Positions 1-8,999 of a DNA stretch of 40,000 nucleotides are shown here, in pieces (positions within the stretch are counted from its first letter, which is position 1; the number at the start of each line of letters is the position of its first letter). Position numbers and translations under genes: made by a program. The DNA is from Pseudomonas phage Psa21. Where the stretch lies: sequence record MK552327.1, one strand, 5' to 3'. A model generated the notes under the pieces. The model saw only the letters and a program-made list of their open reading frames with translations, did no database searches and was not told where the DNA came from.

Positions 1-2
1 AT

Positions 3-191
3 GATTTAAAACTAGTTGAAGCATTTGAAGATGCCGATTGGGTTAATATCATTTACCGCGAAACATTGGAGCCACAGTTGTGCAATATACAACCATCTGT
101 CGATTTGACAAACTCACTTGGTTCCCCGATTACGAAAGAACTCGTAAACTCTACTCCCGTGCTGTTGGCAAGTCCGATCACAACGAGATAG
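3..191 (+). CDS. C-terminal end of an upstream gene (partial), hypothetical
   Basis: Frame 3 is open from the window start (DLKLVEAFEDADWVNIIYRETLEPQ...ASPITTR) to TAG at 189-191, just ahead of an SD-preceded ATG at 206. Confidence 0.55.
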   Translation, partial: DLKLVEAFEDADWVNIIYRETLEPQLCNIQPSVDLTNSLGSPITKELVNSTPVLLASPITTR

Positions 192-205
192 GGCCAGGTG
201 GGTTC

Positions 206-568
206 ATGGATGACATCATTGAGTGGGTATTAGAAGCCAATACTCATTATCAACAAACCGGTGAAATATTAAAGCTTCATCACGTACCGCGTTTAACCAG
301 CTATAATAAACTGGCTATGGAATATGAACGATTGTTTTTAACCATGGCTATTGCATTGTGGCAAAAGCTTCCAAACACGGTTAGTGAAGTATTTCCCGTT
401 AACATGCATGGAAAACAAATGTATTTTCTAATTACATTTATTCCAGTAAAAAATGATGTTGCTCAACCGGAAGTAGTCGTTAATTTAACGATCGACCAGT
501 TCTTAAGGCCCAGCAAGAAAATACGTGGCCGTAAACAGGATATGAATTCTATTGCAGGTACACCATGA
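206..568 (+). CDS. hypothetical protein (track start at 80 probably too early)
   Basis: ATG at 206 (MDDIIEWVLEAN...) is preceded by AGGTGGG. The GTG start at 80 would overlap the upstream partial ORF by over 100 nt. Confidence 0.6.
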   Translation: MDDIIEWVLEANTHYQQTGEILKLHHVPRLTSYNKLAMEYERLFLTMAIALWQKLPNTVSEVFPVNMHGKQMYFLITFIPVKNDVAQPEVVVNLTIDQFLRPSKKIRGRKQDMNSIAGTP

Positions 569-1116
569 ACAACTTTCAATACCCCATGGCGGGCAATGTT
601 ACTTTTACCCAGCCCAGTGTGCAAGATCACGATAACGTAGCTGTACGCGTGTCCTTTGACGCTGTGAAGATACCTATTAATAAAATCACCAGCATCCTGG
701 AAGGTATCTCTAACAACACACCTTATCCAATGGAAGAACTGGCTATCAACACGATTCTGTATGAATGCTTGAATGAGTATTTGCAGTTTACGTTGCCTAC
801 AATTCCAAATGGTGAAAATTGTTCTTTTGAGTACTACTTAGACACCCACTTTAAAGCCCTTGCTAACATTGTTAACCCTCCGGTACTGGAAGGGTATCCA
901 ATGCCAGATAAAAGAATGATGATGTTTATCAATTCACAATGGGCTATCGCTGTAGCTGAACTTGGTCGGCAATTGTTACCAGGTATTCGTGACCTCAATT
1001 CACACAATCAAGAAGTGGACCAAATCCAAATGTTTCGTCTAGATGACCACAAAACAGGTATGTATGTATTGACTGGTATTTCTTACGATCAAGTTGATGC
1101 GGAAGAGGGACTTTGA
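565..1116 (+). CDS. hypothetical phage protein
   Basis: 183-aa ORF overlapping the previous stop by 4 nt (ATGA); collinear operon. Confidence 0.75.
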   Translation: MNNFQYPMAGNVTFTQPSVQDHDNVAVRVSFDAVKIPINKITSILEGISNNTPYPMEELAINTILYECLNEYLQFTLPTIPNGENCSFEYYLDTHFKALANIVNPPVLEGYPMPDKRMMMFINSQWAIAVAELGRQLLPGIRDLNSHNQEVDQIQMFRLDDHKTGMYVLTGISYDQVDAEEGL

Positions 1117-1463
1117 TGTATAGCCTACATACATACGACGTTGGTATGTTTGGGCATATCTTCATTCCGGGTTATCCGCTTGAAGCGATTGGTATCAGTC
1201 ACTGGCTTATATCACATGCCATTGCCAACATAATGGCTACGGCAGATGAGCAGACTTCGGCTAATCGCGAGATTGAGTTTGCCATGGATCATTATCTCAA
1301 TAAATACTTTGAGACTTTTCCAGATGAGCTATTAGAGTACATCGAAAATCAAGCCTTCTTTTACTACGTGAAAGTTCATAACTATTTTTCCCAATTCAAA
1401 CCAATAGAAGTTGTAGACACCCCAGACACTAAAGCGGGGGTAGCCATTATTCTTAAGGACTAA
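1113..1463 (+). CDS. hypothetical phage protein
   Basis: 116-aa ORF with 4-nt overlap to the previous gene. Confidence 0.7.
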   Translation: MMYSLHTYDVGMFGHIFIPGYPLEAIGISHWLISHAIANIMATADEQTSANREIEFAMDHYLNKYFETFPDELLEYIENQAFFYYVKVHNYFSQFKPIEVVDTPDTKAGVAIILKD

Positions 1464-1464
1464 C

Positions 1465-1845
1465 ATGAAACATCCCGAACCACAACTGACTTACTCTGTA
1501 TTGGAATCCAATGCTGGAATGAAGTTTGCTGATCGCTTCCTCCAGGAATCCATGCATGACCCAGAAAAAGATACATGGGTTGAAGGTAACGTCCCTTTTC
1601 GCAGGGCACTGGTGAATAGGTTTCAAAAGCTAGTGATGGATATGTTCTGTGACGAACTATTCATGGAGACTATTTTAGAGTCCCCTGAAGAGGAACTAAG
1701 TCAGGATATGTTGGATACGTTTGCAATCTACCAAGAGTTTAATGCCAAGTTTCCGCAATATGATGTCATTGCAATCATTCCAATGAATTTAGCGGGTACG
1801 GTTGGGTTTGTAATCCAGTCCAAACCTATGAGAAAACAATCATAG
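1465..1845 (+). CDS. hypothetical phage protein
   Basis: 126-aa ORF immediately downstream in the same operon. Confidence 0.7.
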   Translation: MKHPEPQLTYSVLESNAGMKFADRFLQESMHDPEKDTWVEGNVPFRRALVNRFQKLVMDMFCDELFMETILESPEEELSQDMLDTFAIYQEFNAKFPQYDVIAIIPMNLAGTVGFVIQSKPMRKQS

Positions 1846-1855
1846 GACTTTTCCA

Positions 1856-2272
1856 ATGGCATTAATTACAGACATTGCTGAAGGTGCACGGGTAAGCTTT
1901 GAAGTTTACCCTGATGCTTACTTAGCAAACGAATTTAAAGATGTAACCAATGAAGGCGTTGTTACGCCAGCGGTAGCACGTAAACTAGGCTTTGATCTAG
2001 ATGCTGCACACCAAAACGTTTATCCAGTATTGGTAGCTGCAGGTGTATCTGTACCAAACGATCCACGACAGTACAACTACGTCTATGTTACATTCAGTAA
2101 CGGCGAGTCTACTTTTGTGGGGGTTCCTTGGATTCGCCCTGGGACAGTTATTTCTTCAGATGGCATGACACTAGGTTTGGTATTCCAAAACCGTGATGAT
2201 CGCCGTCGGCGTCGTATCTTAGAAGCATTGTCTTCTATCAACGAAACACCAGATGCCCAGACTTGGGAATAA
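1856..2272 (+). CDS. hypothetical phage protein
   Basis: 138-aa ORF followed directly by a hairpin terminator. Confidence 0.75.
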   Translation: MALITDIAEGARVSFEVYPDAYLANEFKDVTNEGVVTPAVARKLGFDLDAAHQNVYPVLVAAGVSVPNDPRQYNYVYVTFSNGESTFVGVPWIRPGTVISSDGMTLGLVFQNRDDRRRRRILEALSSINETPDAQTWE

Positions 2273-2274
2273 TG

Positions 2275-2296
2275 AGCCAGCCTTCGGGCTGGCTTT
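2275..2296 (+). terminator. TTCG-tetraloop hairpin terminator
   Basis: AGCCAGCC-TTCG-GGCTGGCT followed by TT, just after the stop at 2272. Confidence 0.75.
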
Positions 2297-2313
2297 ATGT
2301 CGGAGTAAATTAG

Positions 2314-2463
2314 ATGGTTTTATTTCCACCCGCTTTCATGATGCCCTACCGTCCTAAATCTAAAGCTCAAATTGCCTTAGAAGAAAAACAGGCTATGGCT
2401 GCTACTATCATGGCAAAGCTAGCTACCTTTCAACCAAAAAAGAAAAGGCGTAAAAAGAAATGA
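2314..2463 (+). CDS. small Lys/Arg-rich peptide (49 aa; or start at an internal ATG), not in the ORF track
   Basis: MVLFPPAFMMPYRPKSKAQIALEEKQAMAATIMAKLATFQPKKKRRKKK*. Its stop overlaps the next gene's ATG (ATGA at 2460-2463). Confidence 0.5.
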   Translation: MVLFPPAFMMPYRPKSKAQIALEEKQAMAATIMAKLATFQPKKKRRKKK

Positions 2464-2804
2464 AACAAGCTCAGTCAGTTGTACTTAAATACACCGAGAT
2501 TGGTTTCTCTTGGGAAGAGTTTGCTTCTTTCTTAGATAACATAAACACACCACTTAAAGCAACCGACAAACTTGATTTGACTTGGAAGGTTGATGACAAG
2601 GGTAATCGTGAAGTGGTGTTTTATGTCGAACGGGAAAAAGTAACAGTGGCAGTTATTCCTCACCGCAGTGAAGATATAAATCAATTTTGGCAAGAGCTTC
2701 AAGATGCACCTATCGTTCGAGCTATTCGGGATACTAAGCGTGTTTTAGCTTTGGGGTTGACCGAAGTTTATAAACGTCAAATAACCGACCTTTGGGAACG
2801 ATGA
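2460..2804 (+). CDS. hypothetical phage protein
   Basis: 114-aa ORF, coupled by ATGA overlap to the preceding small ORF. Confidence 0.7.
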   Translation: MKQAQSVVLKYTEIGFSWEEFASFLDNINTPLKATDKLDLTWKVDDKGNREVVFYVEREKVTVAVIPHRSEDINQFWQELQDAPIVRAIRDTKRVLALGLTEVYKRQITDLWER

Positions 2805-2859
2805 AGTAATACTTGACACCACAACACTCTGTGAATGTTTGTTGATGTGATACTCTTGA

Positions 2860-2886
2860 AGTGCTACTTCGGTGGCACTATTTTTT
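2860..2886 (+). terminator. TTCG-loop hairpin with U tract
   Basis: AGTGCTAC-TTCG-GTGGCACT-A-TTTTTT. Confidence 0.85.
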
Positions 2887-2919
2887 CCTGGGATTCCGTC
2901 AACGCCTACAGAGGTGTAT

Positions 2920-5067
2920 ATGGCGCTCCCTGAATTACCCAATCCTTTTATGTTGCCTACCAGTGCTTACAAACGTGACCTGGACATCATTGAAGGAACT
3001 ATTGCTGACAACGCAAGGTACTTGCAACTCATGACCCTGGCTCCGTACGAACAGTGCGCAGTATGGGTTCGGGAACAATTCCGTACCACCGGTAAGTTTC
3101 CATTAGTCGACCCTAAAACGTACGTTCTGGATAAGAACATGAACGGGGATCGGTCTAAGAAAGTTACAACGTTTATGGGTTTCATTAAACGGGTTGAAAA
3201 ACAAAACCTGTTGCTGTCCCCATCATTGACAGCGTATCTCCCAGAATCGGTTCGTCAATCAACTCACGCCATCTATATTAAAGAAGGTGTAGCGAATCGT
3301 AAGATGGTAAAAGGGCAGCAAATGGCTGCTGAACAAGAAGGTGACTTTGAACTTGCACAAGTCCGTAAGGGTGAGCAAGAGAACTTCAAAATTAACAATA
3401 ACTCCTATTCAGGAGCTACGGTTAGTGCCGCCACCATTCTGTATTACAAGTCTACACACTCATCGTTGACTTCGACTTGCCGTGTTGCAACTTCGTACGC
3501 AAACGCAAACAACGAAAAATTCTTGATGGGTAACCGCCATTATTACAACCCTGAAATCGCAAAAGCGAATTTAGTGTCCATCATTAATAATACCGACTAC
3601 GAAAAACTGCAGTTGGCTATTGATAAGTATGGACTGGTTTATCCAAGTGCTGAAGACGTAGTGGCGATGACTCTTTACTCAACTAAGCATTATTGGCAGA
3701 ACCGTATTTACACGCAACACATTCGTCAAATGGCAATGGGTATGACACCTATCCAACGTGCAGCTGTTATGTACGTGGGTGACTTGTACCACTTGAACAA
3801 ACTGAACCCAGTTTCGACTCGTCGATTCTTGGAGTCTATTGCTCAAGTAGGTGATAATACCAACACCATGACTAAAGCCGAATACGATAGCATCAAAGAC
3901 GGTGACCTTAAACTGTTGGTTAAGTTTCTGTGCTTTGAACAAGTACGTGGCCGCTCTGATGAACGTTTGGCTAAAGAGAACCCAGAAGTATTTGATCTGT
4001 TGCATTCCACCTGTAAAGTGGTTGTAGACGGTTTGGATTATCATCGCGATCTTATCAATGCCTTGTTCCTCACCAAAAACATTCCACACTCAATCCATGC
4101 GTTTAAAGATTCGTATCGTCGAGCAGCAGTAATCTCTGATACCGACTCTACCATGTTTACGATGCAATACTGGGTTGAAGAATATCATGGTCGCGTATGC
4201 TTCACACCTGAAGCTAAACGTTTGGTATTTGGTCTAGTATTCTTGGTATCAGAAGTTGTAATGCACATCCTGGCAATCCAATCTGCCAACATGGGTGTAG
4301 GTGAAGATAAGCTTCGTTTGCTGGCAATGAAAAACGAATACTACTTTGCGGTGTTGTCATTGACAACTCGATCAAAGCACTACTTTGCATCTCAAGATGC
4401 GGTAGAAGGTATCATGTTTGAAATTGCACGTATGGAAGTTAAAGGGGTAGGTCTCCGAGATTCTAAGGTTCAGCCTAAAGTTAACAAGGCTGGTAAGAAA
4501 CTCATGTCACACATCATCGATAGTGTGAAAAGTGAAACACCAATCGATTTGCCTGCAATCTTGAAAGACATTGCTGATATGGAGCGTGAAATTTATATCT
4601 CCATCCGTACAGGTAAAGCGGATTACTTGACTACTGGTCAATGTAAGAAGTCTGATGCTTATAAGTCAGAAGAAGATAACGACACGTACAAGAAGTATTT
4701 GTTCTGGCGCGACATTTTTGCTCCGACTTATGGTGAGATTCCTGCACCACCTTATTCGTTCTACAAGATTTCTTTGACGGCACATAACCGTACGAAAATG
4801 AACGAGTGGTTTGACAGCATTGAAGATAAACGTTTGGCTATGCGTTTGAAAGAATGGGCACTGCTTAACAAGAAAACTGGCTTGACTTCAATTAATGTTC
4901 CTGCATCGGTAGTAGAAAACATAGGTGTACCAGAAGCAATCACCCGTGTAGCTGATGTACGTACAATCATTTCTAACACCATGGGGGTGTTCTATTTGAT
5001 CATGGAATCCCTAGGGATCTTCTTGATTGATGCAAACAACTCTAGGTTGATTTCGGACTTCTATTGA
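2920..5067 (+). CDS. family-B DNA polymerase, C-terminal palm/thumb portion (phiKZ-like)
   Basis: Motif B-like KINNNSYSGA and motif C-like AAVISDTDSTMF. No recognisable motif A (DxxSLYPS) in this ORF. ATG at 2920 has AGAGG upstream, so the track start at 2872 is too early. Confidence 0.8.
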   Translation: MALPELPNPFMLPTSAYKRDLDIIEGTIADNARYLQLMTLAPYEQCAVWVREQFRTTGKFPLVDPKTYVLDKNMNGDRSKKVTTFMGFIKRVEKQNLLLSPSLTAYLPESVRQSTHAIYIKEGVANRKMVKGQQMAAEQEGDFELAQVRKGEQENFKINNNSYSGATVSAATILYYKSTHSSLTSTCRVATSYANANNEKFLMGNRHYYNPEIAKANLVSIINNTDYEKLQLAIDKYGLVYPSAEDVVAMTLYSTKHYWQNRIYTQHIRQMAMGMTPIQRAAVMYVGDLYHLNKLNPVSTRRFLESIAQVGDNTNTMTKAEYDSIKDGDLKLLVKFLCFEQVRGRSDERLAKENPEVFDLLHSTCKVVVDGLDYHRDLINALFLTKNIPHSIHAFKDSYRRAAVISDTDSTMFTMQYWVEEYHGRVCFTPEAKRLVFGLVFLVSEVVMHILAIQSANMGVGEDKLRLLAMKNEYYFAVLSLTTRSKHYFASQDAVEGIMFEIARMEVKGVGLRDSKVQPKVNKAGKKLMSHIIDSVKSETPIDLPAILKDIADMEREIYISIRTGKADYLTTGQCKKSDAYKSEEDNDTYKKYLFWRDIFAPTYGEIPAPPYSFYKISLTAHNRTKMNEWFDSIEDKRLAMRLKEWALLNKKTGLTSINVPASVVENIGVPEAITRVADVRTIISNTMGVFYLIMESLGIFLIDANNSRLISDFY

Positions 5068-5867
5068 TGGACTTTGAAACCCTGCATCCACTTCCCGAAG
5101 AAATTCGGGAACGTGTTGTTAAAGAACTTCGCCGTATCGAAACTGATCATAATGTGACAGTTTTGTACGCTTGTGAATCAGGTAGTCGTGCGTGGGGTTT
5201 TGCTTCTACTAATAGCGATTACGATGTACGCTTTGTTTATGTGCCAAAGATTGACTGGCACTTGGACATTGACAAACAACGTAACGTGATTGACTCCCAG
5301 ATCCCTGAATTTGATCTGGATTGTTCTGGCTGGTCCTTGGGTAAAACCTTGGGACTGCTACGCAAGTCAAACCCTGCACTATTGGAATGGCTTGGTTCAC
5401 CACTGGTGTACATGGTTAAACCTGAACGTGACGAATTGAAAGAGTTTGCTCTTCGTCAATTCAATCCCGATGCTGGATTTAACCATTATCTGAATTTGGC
5501 TGGCGGTACTTGGAAACGTTTTATTGCAGATCACGATGAAGTTATTTACAAGAAATACTTCTATGCACTTCGACCACTGTTTGCAATTGAGTGGGTGTTG
5601 AAATATGGAACAATGCCACCAACAGAATACGAAAAACTTGTAGCTGACTATTCCCCAGGTCCAACTCTTCAAGCCGCTTTAGATAAGTTGCTGGTATTAA
5701 AAAGAGCGGGTGATGAAACTCGTGCAGGTCCACGCATTTTTGAACTGGATGAATTCATTTGGAGTAAGTTAGAAGATTTCCGTAAACTACAAGTTCCGGC
5801 TTTGGAAAAACCAGATGACGAATACCTGAAAGAATTCTTTCGTCGTACTGTGCGCAAATACGATTAA
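5064..5867 (+). CDS. predicted nucleotidyltransferase (COG3541 / YcgL / RlaP-type, Pol-beta fold)
   Basis: Contains CESGSRAWGFASTNSDYDVRFVYV, the GS..W......SD.D nucleotidyltransferase signature, followed by DWHLDI. Confidence 0.85.
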   Translation: MMDFETLHPLPEEIRERVVKELRRIETDHNVTVLYACESGSRAWGFASTNSDYDVRFVYVPKIDWHLDIDKQRNVIDSQIPEFDLDCSGWSLGKTLGLLRKSNPALLEWLGSPLVYMVKPERDELKEFALRQFNPDAGFNHYLNLAGGTWKRFIADHDEVIYKKYFYALRPLFAIEWVLKYGTMPPTEYEKLVADYSPGPTLQAALDKLLVLKRAGDETRAGPRIFELDEFIWSKLEDFRKLQVPALEKPDDEYLKEFFRRTVRKYD

Positions 5868-5871
5868 TCTA

Positions 5872-5895
5872 AAGGCTCTCCGAAAGGGGAGCCTT
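5872..5895 (+). terminator. GAAA-loop hairpin terminator
   Basis: AAGGCTCTCC-GAAA-GGGGAGCCTT just after the stop at 5867. Confidence 0.7.
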
Positions 5896-5909
5896 ATGAG
5901 GTAAATGAA

Positions 5910-6200
5910 ATGCAACTGTGGTTAGTTGAACGAACAGATAACGTTACCCATGATCAAGTACAAGCATACGTATGTTCTGCTCTAAATGCAGACGATGCAT
6001 TGTTAATGAATGACCACCCAGGTGATTGGGAAAAAGCATATTGGAATGGTTGGTATGTACCGGATACCGAGTGGGTAAAAATAAAAGAAAAATACGCTGG
6101 TAATGTACTTAAACGGCGAGAATGGAAAGTTACGGCTATTGGCTATGCCCATGACACAACTGAAGCTAAACTCATTTGTATTGATTTTCTGGAGCCTTAG
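5910..6200 (+). CDS. hypothetical phage protein
   Basis: 96-aa ORF. Confidence 0.65.
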   Translation: MQLWLVERTDNVTHDQVQAYVCSALNADDALLMNDHPGDWEKAYWNGWYVPDTEWVKIKEKYAGNVLKRREWKVTAIGYAHDTTEAKLICIDFLEP

Positions 6201-6202
6201 TA

Positions 6203-6577
6203 ATGCGTTACGATGTTGTGTTAAAAACAGGCGAAATGTGCAAGTGGCGTTGCATGATGGACCAAAATTCTTTGGACCCGGATGATTGCATTACGTCAGC
6301 TAAGTGGTATGATGCAGAAGTAGTTACTGCTTTTGACCAAGCATTAGCATTAAAAATTGTTAATGAAAAAGGAGCTAGTAAACTGGTTCCGCATTATAGT
6401 TGCGGACAATGGGAAGGTTGTTCTGAGATTGGTATTATCAATCCACAACAAGCTACTGAACGCATGCGTGCTTATGTTCTGGAAAAAGTAAAACTCCAAA
6501 GAGAAGAACATAAAGCAAAATTAGAGAAACTCTATACGGAATTAGAGGCAATTAATATTCAAGGTTTTACTGAATAA
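6203..6577 (+). CDS. hypothetical phage protein
   Basis: 124-aa ORF, tightly spaced after the previous one. Confidence 0.65.
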   Translation: MRYDVVLKTGEMCKWRCMMDQNSLDPDDCITSAKWYDAEVVTAFDQALALKIVNEKGASKLVPHYSCGQWEGCSEIGIINPQQATERMRAYVLEKVKLQREEHKAKLEKLYTELEAINIQGFTE

Positions 6578-6615
6578 TAATACCCTTCAACCCCATTTAA
6601 TGTAAGAGGTTTGTT

Positions 6616-7584
6616 ATGCTTAATCCAGACGACTACGAACCCACCGAAGCGGAAGAGTGGCGTGCTGCGGAAGCACACCTCGACAAAATTTATAAAGAAG
6701 AACAAGCAAAATTGCTTAGCTCTTTTGCAATCAATCAAACCCTCAAGGAAAACAAGATGCAACTCGAAACTACTAAAATTGCTGCCCAATCAATTCTGAT
6801 GTCTGATGCAGTAGTTACCCAAGATGCTCGTTCAATTGTTCCTTACGACACCACTGGTGAACAGGAAAAAGTTAGCGCTATGGTTGGTGCTTCAGAAGAA
6901 CGTTTCATTACTCCTGAACAAGTAGCTGCATTTAAATCGGCTAAAGCTGCACTGGGTGGTGATGAAGTTGTTGTGGATTCTTTGTCTGAAGCAGTTGCCG
7001 CAACTGCTACCGCTTCGACCATTAAACCACCAACTAAGAAACAATTGAAGCAGATGAAACACCAGAAGAAAAGTCTGCAAGGTTACATGCGAAAAGCACA
7101 GCGTCAAGCGCAAACGCAACACATCATGAACAAGTTGTACGCGCACTCGATCCGTACTCCACAACAAGCTCGTCAGATCCATGCGGCTCAGAAAGCAAAG
7201 CAAGAACTTATTGATCTGTTGGGTGTTCGTCAAGCTGATGCTTTCTTTGCAGCCAAGCCTGGTACCAAATGCCATGACTTCTTCCCTAAAGCTACAATCG
7301 AAGCAAACCCTACTTTGATGACTGACCTCCAAGGTCAATCCCGTACGCTAGAACAAGTCTACGAATACTTCATCTACAAGCACTACATGATCCTGACTAA
7401 AGAAGCCGGTGAAATCCAAGACCTGGATCTGAACACTTCTGAAGACTGGGCCAATACCAAAGTTGCAGATTACGTTCCTTTTGAAGGCGCTGATGTAGAA
7501 GCTAAACCAGAAGAAACAGAAGCTAAATTTGATCAACAAGCTCAAGGTGATGTCGTTGAAGAAGTCGCAGCCAAAGCCGCGTAA
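6616..7584 (+). CDS. hypothetical Ala/Gln/Lys/Glu-rich protein, probably helical
   Basis: 322-aa ORF with AGAGG 6-7 nt upstream. Confidence 0.8.
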   Translation: MLNPDDYEPTEAEEWRAAEAHLDKIYKEEQAKLLSSFAINQTLKENKMQLETTKIAAQSILMSDAVVTQDARSIVPYDTTGEQEKVSAMVGASEERFITPEQVAAFKSAKAALGGDEVVVDSLSEAVAATATASTIKPPTKKQLKQMKHQKKSLQGYMRKAQRQAQTQHIMNKLYAHSIRTPQQARQIHAAQKAKQELIDLLGVRQADAFFAAKPGTKCHDFFPKATIEANPTLMTDLQGQSRTLEQVYEYFIYKHYMILTKEAGEIQDLDLNTSEDWANTKVADYVPFEGADVEAKPEETEAKFDQQAQGDVVEEVAAKAA

Positions 7585-7804
7585 ACAGAAAAAGAAACGT
7601 ACTAAACCTACGGGTTATCAAGATCACTCGATTCGCCCTGGAAGTGGGGGTATTGTAGCGGATAAGGTTTGGAGCGGTATTAAACGAGCTCAACCACATC
7701 ACCGTGAACGCACTATCAGTGAAATTTGGGATCGCGCTACACGTACGTCGTTCTATACTCCATACTACACACCTGCTGAAGTAATGGCTGGTAAAAACGA
7801 TTAA
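7550..7804 (+). CDS. small basic hypothetical protein
   Basis: MSLKKSQPKPRKQKKKRTKPTGYQ... is an internal ATG of the 7529 ORF, overlapping the end of the previous gene; the start is uncertain. Confidence 0.6.
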   Translation: MSLKKSQPKPRKQKKKRTKPTGYQDHSIRPGSGGIVADKVWSGIKRAQPHHRERTISEIWDRATRTSFYTPYYTPAEVMAGKND

Positions 7805-7811
7805 CAACATA

Positions 7812-7835
7812 AAGCTCCCCTTTCGGGGAGCGCTT
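7812..7835. terminator. bidirectional hairpin between convergent genes
   Basis: GCTCCCC-TTTC-GGGGAGC between stops at 7804 (+) and 7834 (-). Confidence 0.75.
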
Positions 7836-8925
7836 ATGCCAGTTCACGTATTAGTTCTTCTACATCTTTAATCAATCGTTGCATCATAGGCGAACTACCG
7901 TTCATCTTAAATGCTTGTGAATGAATAGACTCTCTGAGTTCATGTAGAATTTCGTTAGTTTCTGTTTTGTCGTAACTAGGTGCTTGTTTTAAGCTGTCAA
8001 TCAGATACTTAATGAATGGTACTCGAGCCAAGGCCAATGCCCATTCATTTTGTAGTGTCACAGGTCCCTTGGGGAGTTGTAAGACGTTGTATAGTGAATC
8101 CGATAGCAGCATAGGTGTCATCTGTGCAAGCTCTGACACCATCCCCGTACGCATCATGCGTTGACTTAATGTATTCTTAGCCATGGCATCTGTAACAGGT
8201 GTTAGATCAGGAATATAAAAAGGATGGGGTAATGGATATTTGGTGTTAGGTAGCTTATAAGCCATTCGTGAAAGACGATTGAAGTAAGCAATCTCCAGAT
8301 ACGACTCTAAGCAATTTACCAGTGCATAGGAACCAATAAATTTGTAAAGGTTAATAGCTTCTGGCTCCACGGCTCCAAAGTTTGAATATACCCAGTGTCT
8401 ATACTGAACCATCAACATGGGAATGTTAATAGACAACACACCGTAGCCTTTCCCTGGAGTGCGGTTATTCATAATGGGTAGATTGATATCACTCCGTGAG
8501 TGATAGAGGTAACGTAAAGGTTTCAAGTCTTTCCAACTAGCCTTTAAGTTATCCATAGGGAAACGTTCAATAGACGAAATAACAACTTCTTCACACTGTG
8601 GTCCTAAAGTGGCTCCTTTGTCAAAGATCTTTCCTCTATTAATAGCATCGCATAAACCAAGTGTGCGTATTAAGCCTCTTGCCTGGTCTTCCACTTTCTT
8701 TGCCCATGAGGCATCGTCACTGCGAAACTCTAAAACAAAATGATTGATGATCATTACCAGTAGATTAGTGCTGTCCACTATCTTAGGGAATCGCCGATAG
8801 TAGTTTGTTACGTCTTGTATCTGTTGGCGCGCTTGGCGTTGGATATAAGGACGTTTGGGATCATACGTGACCCCCTTGCTACCAATAGGGGCTTCTCGAA
8901 ATAGTGCGTACATTATTAGTTCCAT
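7834..8925 (-). CDS. hypothetical phage protein (ORF track start at 9045 may be too long)
   Basis: Long minus-strand ORF. An internal ATG at 8925 (MELIMYALFREAPIGS...) lies 8 nt downstream of a 19-nt element repeated at 27087-27105. Confidence 0.7.
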   Translation of the reverse strand: MELIMYALFREAPIGSKGVTYDPKRPYIQRQARQQIQDVTNYYRRFPKIVDSTNLLVMIINHFVLEFRSDDASWAKKVEDQARGLIRTLGLCDAINRGKIFDKGATLGPQCEEVVISSIERFPMDNLKASWKDLKPLRYLYHSRSDINLPIMNNRTPGKGYGVLSINIPMLMVQYRHWVYSNFGAVEPEAINLYKFIGSYALVNCLESYLEIAYFNRLSRMAYKLPNTKYPLPHPFYIPDLTPVTDAMAKNTLSQRMMRTGMVSELAQMTPMLLSDSLYNVLQLPKGPVTLQNEWALALARVPFIKYLIDSLKQAPSYDKTETNEILHELRESIHSQAFKMNGSSPMMQRLIKDVEELIRELA

Positions 8926-8933
8926 TGGAAAAT

Positions 8934-8952
8934 ATTTGAAATCTATATCATT
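8934..8952. promoter_or_regulatory. candidate divergent promoter element (repeat copy 1)
   Basis: ATTTGAAATCTATATCATT is an exact 19-nt match to 27087-27105; both sit at a divergent gene junction. Confidence 0.45.
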
Positions 8953-8999
8953 AAAGTAGATATTACACCCCTGCGGATTCAACCTGTTAAGGAAAAGAA

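Noticed and set aside
8961-8966. TATTAC core inside GATATTACAC near 8959-8968 as a further early promoter
   Set aside because: It differs from TATATTAC and lacks the downstream AGTGAAT; too weak alone to call.
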